From positions 1-44,753 of the forward strand of contig JBBQUR010000029.1 of assembly GCA_038212275.1 (NCBI GenBank): a stretch of 44,753 nt of DNA. Direction: 5' to 3'. Source of the stretch: Planctomycetota bacterium (GTDB taxonomy: Bacteria > Planctomycetota > B15-G4). The stretch's first letter is position 1, and the number at the start of each line of letters is the position of its first letter. The notes below the pieces were generated by a model. It was not told the DNA's origin, ran no database searches, and saw only the letters and a program-made list of their open reading frames with translations. Positions 25,600-34,988 of the stretch are shown here, one piece after another. The translations under genes were made by a program, and so were the position numbers.

Positions 25600-27312
25600 A
25601 TGAACGAACCACGCACGATTCTCGAGCACATCCGTCGGCGCGCGAAGCAGATGCCGGACGGGTTGCACGGCCGCTACGTCCACGCCGACCGGGCGCCCGA
25701 CGAGCAGACCTACGGCCAGCTGGAGGCCCGCACGCGGCAGTTCGCCGCCGCGCTCGCGAAGCTCGGGACGCCGAAGGAGCGCGTGGTGCTCGTGATCCTG
25801 CAGCATCACCCGGACATGCTGCCCGCGTTCTACGGCGCGATGTGGCTCGGCGCGATTCCGGCCTTCCTGCCGTTTCCGACGGGCCGCCTGCACATCGGCA
25901 AGTACTTCAGCGACCTGCGCGGGATGATCGAGCGCACCGTGCCGCACGCCATCATCACCTACCGCGAGCTTGCGGCAGAGTTCTCGCCGCTGCTGGCCAG
26001 CGTGCCGCAGGCGCCCGAAGTGCTGCTGTTCGAGGATGTCGCAGCGGACGCGCCGAGAGCCGGCGACCCGGTGGCCGCCGACCCTGAAGACGTCGCGCTC
26101 ATCCAGTACAGCTCGGGCAGCACGGGCCTGCAGAAGGGCGCGGCGCTCTCCCACCGCGCGATCCTCGCCGAGTGCGAGGGCGTGGGCGACTTCTTCGGCA
26201 TGGGCGCCGACGACCACTTCGTGACCTGGGTGCCGCTCTATCACGACTGGGGCCTGGTCTGCGACGCGATCCATCCGCTGGTGCTGGGCGCGCCCTTCAC
26301 GCTCATGTCGCCGATCCAGTGGGTGGGCCGGCCGGTCTCGGCCTTCGAGGTCATCACGAAGTACAAGGCCACCGTCTACTGGCACCCGAACTTCGCCTTC
26401 AACTTCATGACCACGCGCGTGAAGGACAGTGAGCTGACCGGCATCGACCTGTCGTCGCTGAGACTGTGCGGCAACGGCGCCGAGCCGTGCCTGTACGACA
26501 GCCACGAGATGTTCGCGAAGCGCTTCGCGAAGCAGGGCTTCAAGCGCGAGGCGCTGGGCATCGTGTACGGCATGGCCGAGGTCGTGAACTCGGTCATCGG
26601 AGCGGGCGGCACGCGCGGCCGCGGCGCCAGCGAGCCCATCCTCGTGGACCGCATCGACCGCAGGCAGCTGCAGGAGACGCACCGCGCGGTGCCGGTGACG
26701 CCGGGCCATCCCGACGAGCTGCCGATGCTGGGTGTCGGCCGGGGCTTCAAGGGCACGACCTTCCGCATCGTGGACGACCACAACGTCGAGCTGCCGGACC
26801 GCACCGTCGGCGAGATCTCCATTCACAGCCGCTGCCTCTTCCACGGCTACTACAACAATCCGGAGGTCTCGGCGCAGAAGGTGAAGGACGGCTGGTACCA
26901 GAGCGGCGACCTCGGCTACCGCGCCGACGGCGTGCTCTACGTCACCGGCCGCAAGAGCGACCTGATCATCATCGGCGGCGAGAACATCTACCCGCAGGAC
27001 ATCGAGTACATGGTGGCCGAGCACCCGCAGGTGGTGGCCGGCCGCGTGGCGGCCATCGGCGTGGAGGACCAGGCGCTGGGCACGCAGAAACTGATCGTCA
27101 TCGCGGAGAGCAAGTCGGATGACCCCGAGGTGCACCGCGACATCATGCGTTTCGTGCGCCGTGAGGTATCCTCGCGCCTCAATGTCCGCTGCGACAAGGT
27201 CTGCATCGCGCCGCACAAATGGCTCTTCAAGACCAGCAGCGGAAAGATCGCGCGCCTCCCGAACCTGGCTCGGCTGCACGAGATCGAGAACCGCGTCACC
27301 GAGCCGGGCTGA
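25600..27312 (+). CDS. Fatty acyl-AMP ligase (FAAL)-type adenylation enzyme
   Basis: QYSSGSTGLQKG, WVPLYHDWGL, YGMAE, a FAAL-like insert (LVDRIDRRQLQETHRAVP), SGDLGY, GRKSDLIIIGGENIYPQDIE and KTSSGKIAR. Confidence 0.88.
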   Translation: MNEPRTILEHIRRRAKQMPDGLHGRYVHADRAPDEQTYGQLEARTRQFAAALAKLGTPKERVVLVILQHHPDMLPAFYGAMWLGAIPAFLPFPTGRLHIGKYFSDLRGMIERTVPHAIITYRELAAEFSPLLASVPQAPEVLLFEDVAADAPRAGDPVAADPEDVALIQYSSGSTGLQKGAALSHRAILAECEGVGDFFGMGADDHFVTWVPLYHDWGLVCDAIHPLVLGAPFTLMSPIQWVGRPVSAFEVITKYKATVYWHPNFAFNFMTTRVKDSELTGIDLSSLRLCGNGAEPCLYDSHEMFAKRFAKQGFKREALGIVYGMAEVVNSVIGAGGTRGRGASEPILVDRIDRRQLQETHRAVPVTPGHPDELPMLGVGRGFKGTTFRIVDDHNVELPDRTVGEISIHSRCLFHGYYNNPEVSAQKVKDGWYQSGDLGYRADGVLYVTGRKSDLIIIGGENIYPQDIEYMVAEHPQVVAGRVAAIGVEDQALGTQKLIVIAESKSDDPEVHRDIMRFVRREVSSRLNVRCDKVCIAPHKWLFKTSSGKIARLPNLARLHEIENRVTEPG

Positions 27313-27320
27313 GCACGTCC

Positions 27321-27578
27321 ATGAACGCCGACATCCGCGAAGCGCTCCGCAGCTACTTCACCGAGAAGATCGGCGGCGACCGCTCGCTGCTGCCGAAGGA
27401 CGGCGAGTCGCTGGTGGACGAGGGCATCCTCGACTCCTTCGGACTGGCCGAGCTCGTCGCCCTGATCGAGCAGGACTTCGGGGTCAAGGTGCCGGACGGC
27501 GACATCCAGCTGGCCACCTTCCAGAGCATCGAGAAGATCGACGCCTACGTCACGTCGCGGCGCGGTTCGGCCCGCTGA
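27321..27578 (+). CDS. Acyl carrier protein (DltC-like)
   Basis: GILDSFGLAELV (phosphopantetheine Ser) and IEQDFGV...TFQSIEKI. Confidence 0.9.
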   Translation: MNADIREALRSYFTEKIGGDRSLLPKDGESLVDEGILDSFGLAELVALIEQDFGVKVPDGDIQLATFQSIEKIDAYVTSRRGSAR

Positions 27579-27639
27579 GCGGCGTGGTGCGCGTCGAGCG
27601 GTGTCGGCGGATGTCGGGTCGCACCTGTCGGCGCGCGCG

Positions 27640-27705
27640 AGTGCCGGTGCGTGACGGAATGCCGGTGCGTGACGGAGTGCCGGTGCGTGACGGAGTGCCG
27701 GCGTG
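27640..27705. repeat. 18-bp tandem repeat (AGTGCCGGTGCGTGACGG) x3.5
   Basis: Three nearly exact units plus a partial unit running into the MBOAT GTG start. Confidence 0.85.
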
Positions 27706-28935
27706 GACCTGATCAGCACATCCGCGGCGCTGTTCGTGGCGGCCGTGGTGCTTGCGCTGGCGCTTCCGCTGCCGTCCTCGGCAAAGCGCGCGCTGCTGCT
27801 GACGGCGAACTTCGCCTTTCTCTGGTTCTTCGATCCTCTGGCGCCGGTGCTCTTCCTGGCCACGGCGCTGCTGGCCTTCGGCGTCGCGATGCTCGCCGCG
27901 AAGGGCGTGCGCGGACTCGCCCTCGGCGGCCTGTGCGTGCCGCTGCTCGTGCCTCTGTTCCTGCCCAAGCTCGCCTTCTTCGCAGGTGCCGGCGCGGGCG
28001 CCGCGGGGGCCGGTGTGGCCAGCACCGGCAACATCGTCGGCATGCGCGTGGCCTACTTCATCGGCGCGTCGTACTACACGCTGCGCGCCCTGCACTTCGT
28101 GCTCGATGCGGGGCGGAAGCGCGCGCTGCACTTCGGACTCTTCGACTACCTCGTGTGGAACTCCTTCTTTCCGTCGGTCGTCGCCGGGCCGATCGAAAGG
28201 GCCGACCACTTCGCGAAGAGCTACGCCTCGCTTGGCCGGCCCACGGTGGACGACCTGTGGCAGGGCGTGGTGCGCATCTTCCTCGGCCTGCTCAAGAAGG
28301 TCGTCATCGGCGGGCTGCTGGCGCAGTGGGCGCTGCCGATCACCGGCTTCGGCTCGGGCGCCGCGATCGGCGGCGGGACGCACATGGCCTGGTGGGAGGC
28401 GTGGCGTGCGCTCTATGCCGTCGCGCTCTACGCCTGGATGGACTTCGCCGGATACAGCGACCTTGCCATCGGCGTGTCGCGCCTGATGGGCCTGCGCCTC
28501 GCCGAGAACTTCGACAATCCGTACATGCGCCCCTCCATCGCGGAGTTCTGGAAGGGCTGGCATCTCTCGCTCTCCTTCTGGATCCGTGACTACCTCTTCC
28601 TGCCCATCTGCGGCCGTTCGGCCAGCAAGCTGCGGCCGCACGCGGCGGCGCTCGGCAGCATGCTGCTGTGCGGACTGTGGCACGGGCCGAATCTCGGCTG
28701 GGGGCTGTGGGGGCTGGCGCACGGCGCGGGCCTTTCGATTCACCAGGTGTGGACTCTGAAGCTGCGCAGCCACTTCAAGCTGAAGAAGAAGCTCGCGCAG
28801 TCGAAGGCTTTCCGCGTCTTCGGCATTCTGCTGACCTTCCACTTCGTGGCGCTCACCTGGACGCTCGTGTCCATCGACGCGACGCGTCTCGGCCCGACGC
28901 TCGCATACCTGCGCGTGCTCTTCGGCCTGTCCTGA
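27703..28935 (+). CDS. MBOAT family O-acyltransferase (DltB/AlgI-like)
   Basis: GASYYT, FFPSVVAGPI, GLLKKVVI, DFAGYSDLAIG, ENFDNPY, EFWKGWHLSLSFWIRDY and the catalytic GLWHG. Confidence 0.93.
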   Translation: MDLISTSAALFVAAVVLALALPLPSSAKRALLLTANFAFLWFFDPLAPVLFLATALLAFGVAMLAAKGVRGLALGGLCVPLLVPLFLPKLAFFAGAGAGAAGAGVASTGNIVGMRVAYFIGASYYTLRALHFVLDAGRKRALHFGLFDYLVWNSFFPSVVAGPIERADHFAKSYASLGRPTVDDLWQGVVRIFLGLLKKVVIGGLLAQWALPITGFGSGAAIGGGTHMAWWEAWRALYAVALYAWMDFAGYSDLAIGVSRLMGLRLAENFDNPYMRPSIAEFWKGWHLSLSFWIRDYLFLPICGRSASKLRPHAAALGSMLLCGLWHGPNLGWGLWGLAHGAGLSIHQVWTLKLRSHFKLKKKLAQSKAFRVFGILLTFHFVALTWTLVSIDATRLGPTLAYLRVLFGLS

Positions 28936-28951
28936 GCGGCGCGCCCGCGCC

Positions 28952-29125
28952 TCAGAAGACCGCGTAGAGGAACTGCTCGAGCGGCGGCCCCTCGATGAGC
29001 GCCACCGCGATGAGGAACAGCGCGAACACCACGATCGCGGGCAGCAGCAACTCGCGCCACAACAGGCGGACGATGGCTCGCGGGCCGAGCTCGGGGGACG
29101 GTGACGTGCCGGGCGTCAGAACCAT
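28952..29125 (-). CDS. 57-aa single-TM peptide with C-terminal FLYAVF (DltX/SxtK-like acyl-shuttle peptide)
   Basis: Manual translation gives MVLTPGTSPSPELGPRAIVRLLWRELLLPAIVVFALFLIAVALIEGPPLEQFLYAVF*. The ATG overlaps the SGNH stop (ATGGTTCTGA). Absent from the ORF track. Confidence 0.8.
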   Translation of the reverse strand: MVLTPGTSPSPELGPRAIVRLLWRELLLPAIVVFALFLIAVALIEGPPLEQFLYAVF

Positions 29126-30831
29126 GAGAAGAGGTCTCCGCCGTAGGCATTGATCACGATGTCCTCATCGGTCTCCATCGGCGGCAGTGAACTGGGAGGG
29201 CGCCACGACGAGGCTTTCAGCGCGTCATAGACGTCCCGGGCGCCGGCGACGTCACCCTCGCGGGAGAGTGCCCAGCCGAGGTAAATCGCCTCGAAGATGT
29301 GGTCCCCGAGTTCCTCTCGCGGCAGGGTGCGGCCGAGCCGGATGGCCTCCTGATTGTCGCCGGACACGATGGCCAGGTTCATCCGGTTGGGAAGCGGCAG
29401 CGGACAGCGCGAGATGAGGCGCAGCACGAGCTGGTCGGCGGAGGCCAGCGCGGGGGCGTCCGCGGCCGCCAGGCCCGGCACGATGTCGCTGGCGCGGATG
29501 CCGTCCAGGATGGAGCGCGCAATGATGCGGCTGACCGACGGCATCGGGTGGAATGAGTCTGAGAACTCGTCGTAGCCAGGCAGCCCGTGCGCCGCGATTT
29601 TGATCAGGTGCGGGTACGGGTCGACGACCGGCACGCCGCTCTGCGTCGCCGCCTCGGTGATCAGGGCGCGCATCGGGTGCTGCAGGTAGGGCTTCTCGTA
29701 TTCCTCGCGCGCGGAGCCCCAGCGCTGCAGCTGCTCGAAACACTCGCCGAGATAGAAGGCGAGGATCTCGTCGTGGTCCTCGACGTAAAGCCTGCGCACG
29801 CCGCGCAGCTTCACGATGGCCCGGGCCCAGTCGCCGTCGCGCTTGGACTGCAGTCCCTCTTCATAGAGACGGTGCCATTCCGCGATCTTGCCCGGCTCGA
29901 TCTCCGACGGGTCCACGTGGAAACGCAGGTAGAAGGACGCCTTGATGTTGCGCAGCGGGTAGACGAAGAGCAGCGGGACGCCGTGTTCCCGCGCCAGTTC
30001 GGCCATGGTTTCCAGATTGCGCACGAATCGGGCGTGAGCGTGGGTGATTTCCTCGGCCGGAATGGGGTGCGGCATCACGGGTGGCACGCGATCGTGCTTC
30101 AGCTCGAACAAGCGGGAGAAGTTCTCCGGCGTGAACGGGCGCGAGAGCGCATAAGAGGCGAAGGCGGAGAAGGCCGACATGAGGTTGGCCGTGCTGGCGT
30201 GGAAGGGCAGCAGTCGGTCGTAGAGTTCGCGCGCCGCGACGTAGGTGCGGAGCGGCGCGAGCCATCGCCGCGCGAGCACGCGCGCGGGGCTGGCGTCGTC
30301 GGCGCGCGCCATGAGGCCCTGCGGCGCGGGCGGAATGAGGTTCTTCTCGCCGCCCTCCGGGTAGACCACGAGCAGGTCGGGCTGCAGGTCAAGCGCCTCG
30401 CGCAGGGTCTCCAGGTTGTGCACGGACCCCGCGCCGCCACCGCCGGCGTTGATTACCCGCGCCGTGCGTCCCTCGGGCAACGCACCCTGCAGGTACAGCT
30501 CCAGCATGTTCGAAAAGGATCCATCCGGGTCCCTGAACAGGTCGAGGCGTACCGACGAGCCGCCGATGCAGAAGACCCGGAACTCGCCGGCCGGCTTCTC
30601 CGCAGCGAATTCCTGCGGCCGGTACATGCTCTTGTTGGGAGAGCGGCGCATCACGGCGGTGCCGTCGTCGGAGGTCTCGACCCGGTAGAGCGGGGAGGTG
30701 CCCGGGAAGCCCAGGTAGGGATCGGGCAGGTCGGTCGGGTCGAGGAAGCCCGAGAGCCGCGCCACGGCCTCGAAGGCCAGCACGATACATGCTGCGACAG
30801 CGATGGAACGGATCAGCCTGCTTGCGCGCAT
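29116..30831 (-). CDS. Membrane-anchored SGNH/GDSL protein with TPR-like region (DltD/AlgJ-like role possible)
   Basis: N-terminal TM, block I RVFCIGGSSV, block II VINAG, PDLLVVY, and block V DSFHP. Confidence 0.82.
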   Translation of the reverse strand: MRASRLIRSIAVAACIVLAFEAVARLSGFLDPTDLPDPYLGFPGTSPLYRVETSDDGTAVMRRSPNKSMYRPQEFAAEKPAGEFRVFCIGGSSVRLDLFRDPDGSFSNMLELYLQGALPEGRTARVINAGGGGAGSVHNLETLREALDLQPDLLVVYPEGGEKNLIPPAPQGLMARADDASPARVLARRWLAPLRTYVAARELYDRLLPFHASTANLMSAFSAFASYALSRPFTPENFSRLFELKHDRVPPVMPHPIPAEEITHAHARFVRNLETMAELAREHGVPLLFVYPLRNIKASFYLRFHVDPSEIEPGKIAEWHRLYEEGLQSKRDGDWARAIVKLRGVRRLYVEDHDEILAFYLGECFEQLQRWGSAREEYEKPYLQHPMRALITEAATQSGVPVVDPYPHLIKIAAHGLPGYDEFSDSFHPMPSVSRIIARSILDGIRASDIVPGLAAADAPALASADQLVLRLISRCPLPLPNRMNLAIVSGDNQEAIRLGRTLPREELGDHIFEAIYLGWALSREGDVAGARDVYDALKASSWRPPSSLPPMETDEDIVINAYGGDLFSWF

Positions 30832-31239
30832 GGTCGTTGGCGCGAAGTATCGCACAGCACCGTGGCGGAGACGACCCCCTGCGCGGTCCGCCGGGCGTGG
30901 TTCGCCGCACACGCCGACCGCGCGCGCCGACCGCGCGCGAGGGCGTCGTCTCGACCATGCATGAATTCACCCCCTCCCCTAATCCGCCGAGTTGCGCTAC
31001 GTTGCTGTCGGCTGGTGATTGGTGGTGGGGTTCGTTGTCGGCGGCATGGCGGGATCGGGCAGATCCGTGCTTCTTGTCCCGCTCGACTGCGCGTGCCTGC
31101 CTCCCGTCTCGGCGGGCATCGGCGCAGCGCCGCGCTGCCGCATCAGGGAATCGAGCACCGTTGGCGACCGTCAGGTCACTGCACGTGTTGATGCAGGCCT
31201 GCTAGAATACGACTCATTTTCCAGACGACGAGGAAACAC

Positions 31240-32133
31240 GTGCCGACCAGGACCCCGACCCAGCCCAGTCCAGCGCTTCGCATCGCCGAGCGCATCCCGC
31301 GTTCCGTGGCGCTGGCCTTTCTCAAGGGTGAGGCGCGCGAGAACGTGTTCCTCATCTCGCGCATCCTCAAGTCCGGCATGGACAACCCGCGCGACCCGAT
31401 GCACGGCGTCTTCCTCGGCGTCTTCGACGACACCCAGTCGCTGCGAGGGCTCTGCTTCATCGGCAACAGCGGCACGCTGGTGCTCTCGGTGGACGAGCCG
31501 TACGTTGCGGACCTCTTCGCGCGCGCCATTTCCGAGCGCGGCAAGCGGTTCACCCTCGCGGTCGGCCAGGACGACGCGCTGCGCCTCTTCATCAACGTCT
31601 ATCACAAGCTCGGGGGCCCCAAGCCCTCCCTCGACCGGCGCCAGCCCTTCTACGTCCTGGAGAAGGGCGAGATGGGCAAGGGCGTCAAGGTCATCGACAT
31701 GGAGCAGGCCAGCCTCGACAGCATCGACGAGTTGACCGTGCTCGCCTGCGAGATGGTCTGCGAGGATCTGAAGCTCGAGCCCACCGAGGTGGACCGCCGC
31801 AAGTACCGCCTGCGCATGACCGAGCGCATCGTCGACGGCCGCGCCTACATGTGCCGCGATGAGCAGGGCCGCGCGGTCTTCAAGTGCGACCTTGCGGTGG
31901 TGGGCCCGGAAGGCGCGCTGCTCGAGGGCGTGTTCACGCCGAAGGCCATGCGCGGCAAGGGCATCGCGACGCGCGCGCTGTGGACACTGTGCAAGGACCT
32001 GCTCGAGAACGACAAGGTGCCGTTCGTCGCGCTGCACGTGGATGAGCGCAACAAGGCCGCCCGCGCGGTCTACGAGAAGGTCGGCTTCAAGCACTCCGGC
32101 GACTTCCGCCTCGTGCTCATGCCGACGCCGTGA
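31240..32133 (+). CDS. GNAT family N-acetyltransferase
   Basis: C-terminal VFTPKAMRGKGIA...LHVDERNKAARAVYEKVGF. Extended -10 (TGcTAGAAT) at 31200-31208. Confidence 0.88.
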   Translation: MPTRTPTQPSPALRIAERIPRSVALAFLKGEARENVFLISRILKSGMDNPRDPMHGVFLGVFDDTQSLRGLCFIGNSGTLVLSVDEPYVADLFARAISERGKRFTLAVGQDDALRLFINVYHKLGGPKPSLDRRQPFYVLEKGEMGKGVKVIDMEQASLDSIDELTVLACEMVCEDLKLEPTEVDRRKYRLRMTERIVDGRAYMCRDEQGRAVFKCDLAVVGPEGALLEGVFTPKAMRGKGIATRALWTLCKDLLENDKVPFVALHVDERNKAARAVYEKVGFKHSGDFRLVLMPTP

Positions 32134-32224
32134 CGGCCGGCGCGCGCCGCCCTGCGGCGGCGGCGCGCCACGGCCTCGCAACGGCACCGCGTCGCGCCCT
32201 CCGGCGTGGCGCGGTGTCGCGCGA

Positions 32225-33151
32225 TCAGTGCCCTGCGAGGAAGCGCTCGGCCTCGAGCGCCGCTGCGCAGCCCGTGCCGGCGGCCGTGATGGCCTGCCGG
32301 TAGACGGTGTCGGCCACGTCGCCGGCGGCGAAGACACCGTCCACCGAGGTGCGCGTGCCGGTCCGCAGCGTCACGTAGCCCTTGTCGTCCAGTGCGAGCT
32401 GGCCCGCGAAGATCTCGGTGTTGGGCTTGTGGCCGATGGCCACGAAGCAGCCATCCACCGGCATCTCGGAGCGCTCGCCGGTCTTCGTGTTGTGCAAGGC
32501 CAGGGCGCGCAGCTTGCGCTTGTCGGCCTGTGGCAGCATCTCCTCCACGGTCGTGTCGGTGATGAACTCGATCTTCGGGTTTTCCTGCGCGCGCTTCAGC
32601 ATGATCCGGCTCGCGCGGAACTCGCTGCGGCGATGGATGATCGTGACCTTCTTCGCGAACTTCGTGAGGTAGTTGCCCTCCTCCATGGCGCTGTCGCCGC
32701 CGCCGATCACGGCGACGTTCATCTCGCGAAAGAAGGCCGCGTCGCAGGTCGCGCACGCGGAGACGCCGTAGCCCATGAGCTGGTCCTCGCCCTTCGTGCC
32801 GAGCAGCATCGCGCTGGCGCCGGTGGCGACGATCACGGCGTCGGCCTCGACCGGCTTGTCGTCGCTGTCCACGAGGCGGAAGGGGCGCCGCGAGAAGTCC
32901 ACCTTCTGGATGCGCCCCGGGTTCATCTCCGTGCCGAAGCGCTCGGCCTGCTCCTTCATGAGCACCATGAGTTCGGGACCCATGACGCCCTTCGGGAAGC
33001 CCGGGAAGTTCTCGACATCGGTCGTGATGGTGAGCTGGCCGCCCGGCTGCAGTCCTTCGTAAAGCAGGGGCTTGAGATCCGCGCGCGATGCGTAGATGCC
33101 GGCGGTGTAGCCGGCCGCGCCGGAACCGATGATGACGAGCTTGCGGGCCAT
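32225..33151 (-). CDS. trxB: Thioredoxin-disulfide reductase
   Basis: IIGSGAAG, GGQLTITTDVENFPGF, CATCD, GGGDSAMEE, HRR and FAAGDV...YRQAITAAG. Confidence 0.96.
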   Translation of the reverse strand: MARKLVIIGSGAAGYTAGIYASRADLKPLLYEGLQPGGQLTITTDVENFPGFPKGVMGPELMVLMKEQAERFGTEMNPGRIQKVDFSRRPFRLVDSDDKPVEADAVIVATGASAMLLGTKGEDQLMGYGVSACATCDAAFFREMNVAVIGGGDSAMEEGNYLTKFAKKVTIIHRRSEFRASRIMLKRAQENPKIEFITDTTVEEMLPQADKRKLRALALHNTKTGERSEMPVDGCFVAIGHKPNTEIFAGQLALDDKGYVTLRTGTRTSVDGVFAAGDVADTVYRQAITAAGTGCAAALEAERFLAGH

Positions 33152-33311
33152 GGAACGCTCTCCTTGTGCGGTGGGCGTCGGTCGGGCGAGCGCGCGCCAA
33201 GGTGGCCACGCCTGCGCCGGTCGCGCGACGAAGGGGGCGGAGAATAGCACGCGTGCACGCGCCGGCTGAACGCCCGCAGTCCGCCCTGATCGGGCGGCTA
33301 CAATCCGCCGT

Positions 33312-34988
33312 GTGGGTCGTCGCGACGAGAGACAGCCGTTCTCATGGTTCCCCGGCGGCACGCCCGACGGTAGCGACGCGCCGCCTCCCGCGCGCCGCCG
33401 CCCGCCCGCCGCACCAGCGCCAGCACCAGCACCAGCGCGCACCGCGCCCGCGCCCGCGGCTTCACCCACGACTTCATCGGCGCCTTCATCTGCATCGTCG
33501 CGCACCGCATCGCGCGGCGGTCCGGCGACCGACGGCTCCGGGCGCATCGCCGAGCCTGACGAAGAGACGCTCACCGTGCCGCAGGTCGCGACGCGCCTGA
33601 AGTCGATGCTCAGTGCCGCCTTTCCCGAGCCGTTCTGGCTCGTGGGCGAGGCGAGCGGCCTCTCGCGCGGCCGCCTGGGCGCGAGCGGCCACTGGTTCTT
33701 CTCGCTTGTGGACGACCAATGCGACGACGCGCGCACGCGCGCCAGCCTGAGCGTCACCGTCTGGCGCACGACGGTGGCCCGGCTCTTCGGCCCCCGCGGC
33801 AAGCTTCGCGCGCTGCAGCCGGAGGACGGCATCGTCCTGCGCGTCAAGGTGAAGCCCGATTTCTACGCGCCGCGCGGGTCGCTGGCCTTCATCGTCGAGG
33901 ACATCGACCCGGACTTCACGCTGGGCAATCTCGACCGCCAGCGCCGCGAATTGCTCGCGCGCCTGACGGACGAAGGCGCGCTGGCATGGAATCGCGCGGT
34001 GTGCCTCCCCGACGTGCCGCTGCGCATCGGCCTCATCACGTCGGTGGAGTCCGCAGCCTCCAACGACGTGCTCAAGACCTTCGCCGAGAGCGGCCTGGGC
34101 CTGCAGATCCTGGTCTGCGACGCGCGCATGCAGGGCGAGGACACGGGGCGCAGCGTGCGCGCCGCGCTGGCGACGCTCGTCGCGCGACGTCCCGACGTCA
34201 TCCTGCTGTGTCGCGGCGGCGGCAGCCGGCTCGACCTCTCCTGGTTCGATCGCGAGGACATCGCGCGCGCCATTGCCACCTGCAGCGTGCCGGTGCTCAC
34301 GGGCATCGGGCACGAAATCGACACCTCCATCGCGGACGCCGTCGCGCACGCGAGCTTCAAGACACCGACGGCCGCCGCGCAGTTCCTCGTCGAGCGCGCC
34401 CGCGACGGCCTGGCCGAGGTGAACGATGCCTTCGAGGCGCTGCTCCGGCTCGCTGAGGACGTCACCGAGGATGAACAGCTCCGGCAGGAGGAGATGGCGG
34501 CCCGGCTCGGGCGCGCGGCGCTGGGTCGCGTCGAGCGCGAAGCCGGCGAGCTCACGCTCCGGCGCCAGGCCCTGCGCTCGGCCGCCGAGCGCTCGCTCGC
34601 GACGGCGCAGCACGAGTTGCTCGAGCTGCGCGTGCGCCTGGGGCGCGGCCGGCACATGGAGCTGCTGGCCGCGACGGGCGCGCAGCTGCAGGCGCAGCGA
34701 GAGCGTCTCGTCGGCGCGGCGCGCGCCTTGCTCGACAGGCAGGCCGCGTTGCTCGCGGGCGCGGCGGATCGCGTGCGGCTCCTCGATCCGCGGCACGTGC
34801 TCGCGCGCGGCTTCGCCTGGTTGCGCCGGCCGGACGGGACGGTGCTCAAGGACGCGGCGACGGCGCGCATCGGCGAGCAGTTGACGGCCGTGCTGCGCGA
34901 CGGCGACCTGCCCGTGCAGGTCCGCGCGGCCGCGACCGGATCGGGTGCCACCGGATCGGGCGCGCCGGATGCACCGCACGATGGATGA
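33312..34988 (+). CDS. xseA: Exodeoxyribonuclease VII large subunit
   Basis: SGHWFFSL.D, RIGLITS..SAA..D, MQG, RGGGS, TGIGHEID.SIAD, TPTAAA and LDPRHVLARGF. TACAAT lies 7 nt before the GTG start. Confidence 0.92.
   Translation: MGRRDERQPFSWFPGGTPDGSDAPPPARRRPPAAPAPAPAPARTAPAPAASPTTSSAPSSASSRTASRGGPATDGSGRIAEPDEETLTVPQVATRLKSMLSAAFPEPFWLVGEASGLSRGRLGASGHWFFSLVDDQCDDARTRASLSVTVWRTTVARLFGPRGKLRALQPEDGIVLRVKVKPDFYAPRGSLAFIVEDIDPDFTLGNLDRQRRELLARLTDEGALAWNRAVCLPDVPLRIGLITSVESAASNDVLKTFAESGLGLQILVCDARMQGEDTGRSVRAALATLVARRPDVILLCRGGGSRLDLSWFDREDIARAIATCSVPVLTGIGHEIDTSIADAVAHASFKTPTAAAQFLVERARDGLAEVNDAFEALLRLAEDVTEDEQLRQEEMAARLGRAALGRVEREAGELTLRRQALRSAAERSLATAQHELLELRVRLGRGRHMELLAATGAQLQAQRERLVGAARALLDRQAALLAGAADRVRLLDPRHVLARGFAWLRRPDGTVLKDAATARIGEQLTAVLRDGDLPVQVRAAATGSGATGSGAPDAPHDG

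Noticed and set aside
30832..31199. ~370-bp intergenic region as a possible ncRNA or riboswitch
   Set aside because: I recognised no family signature. An Rfam/Infernal search would be needed.
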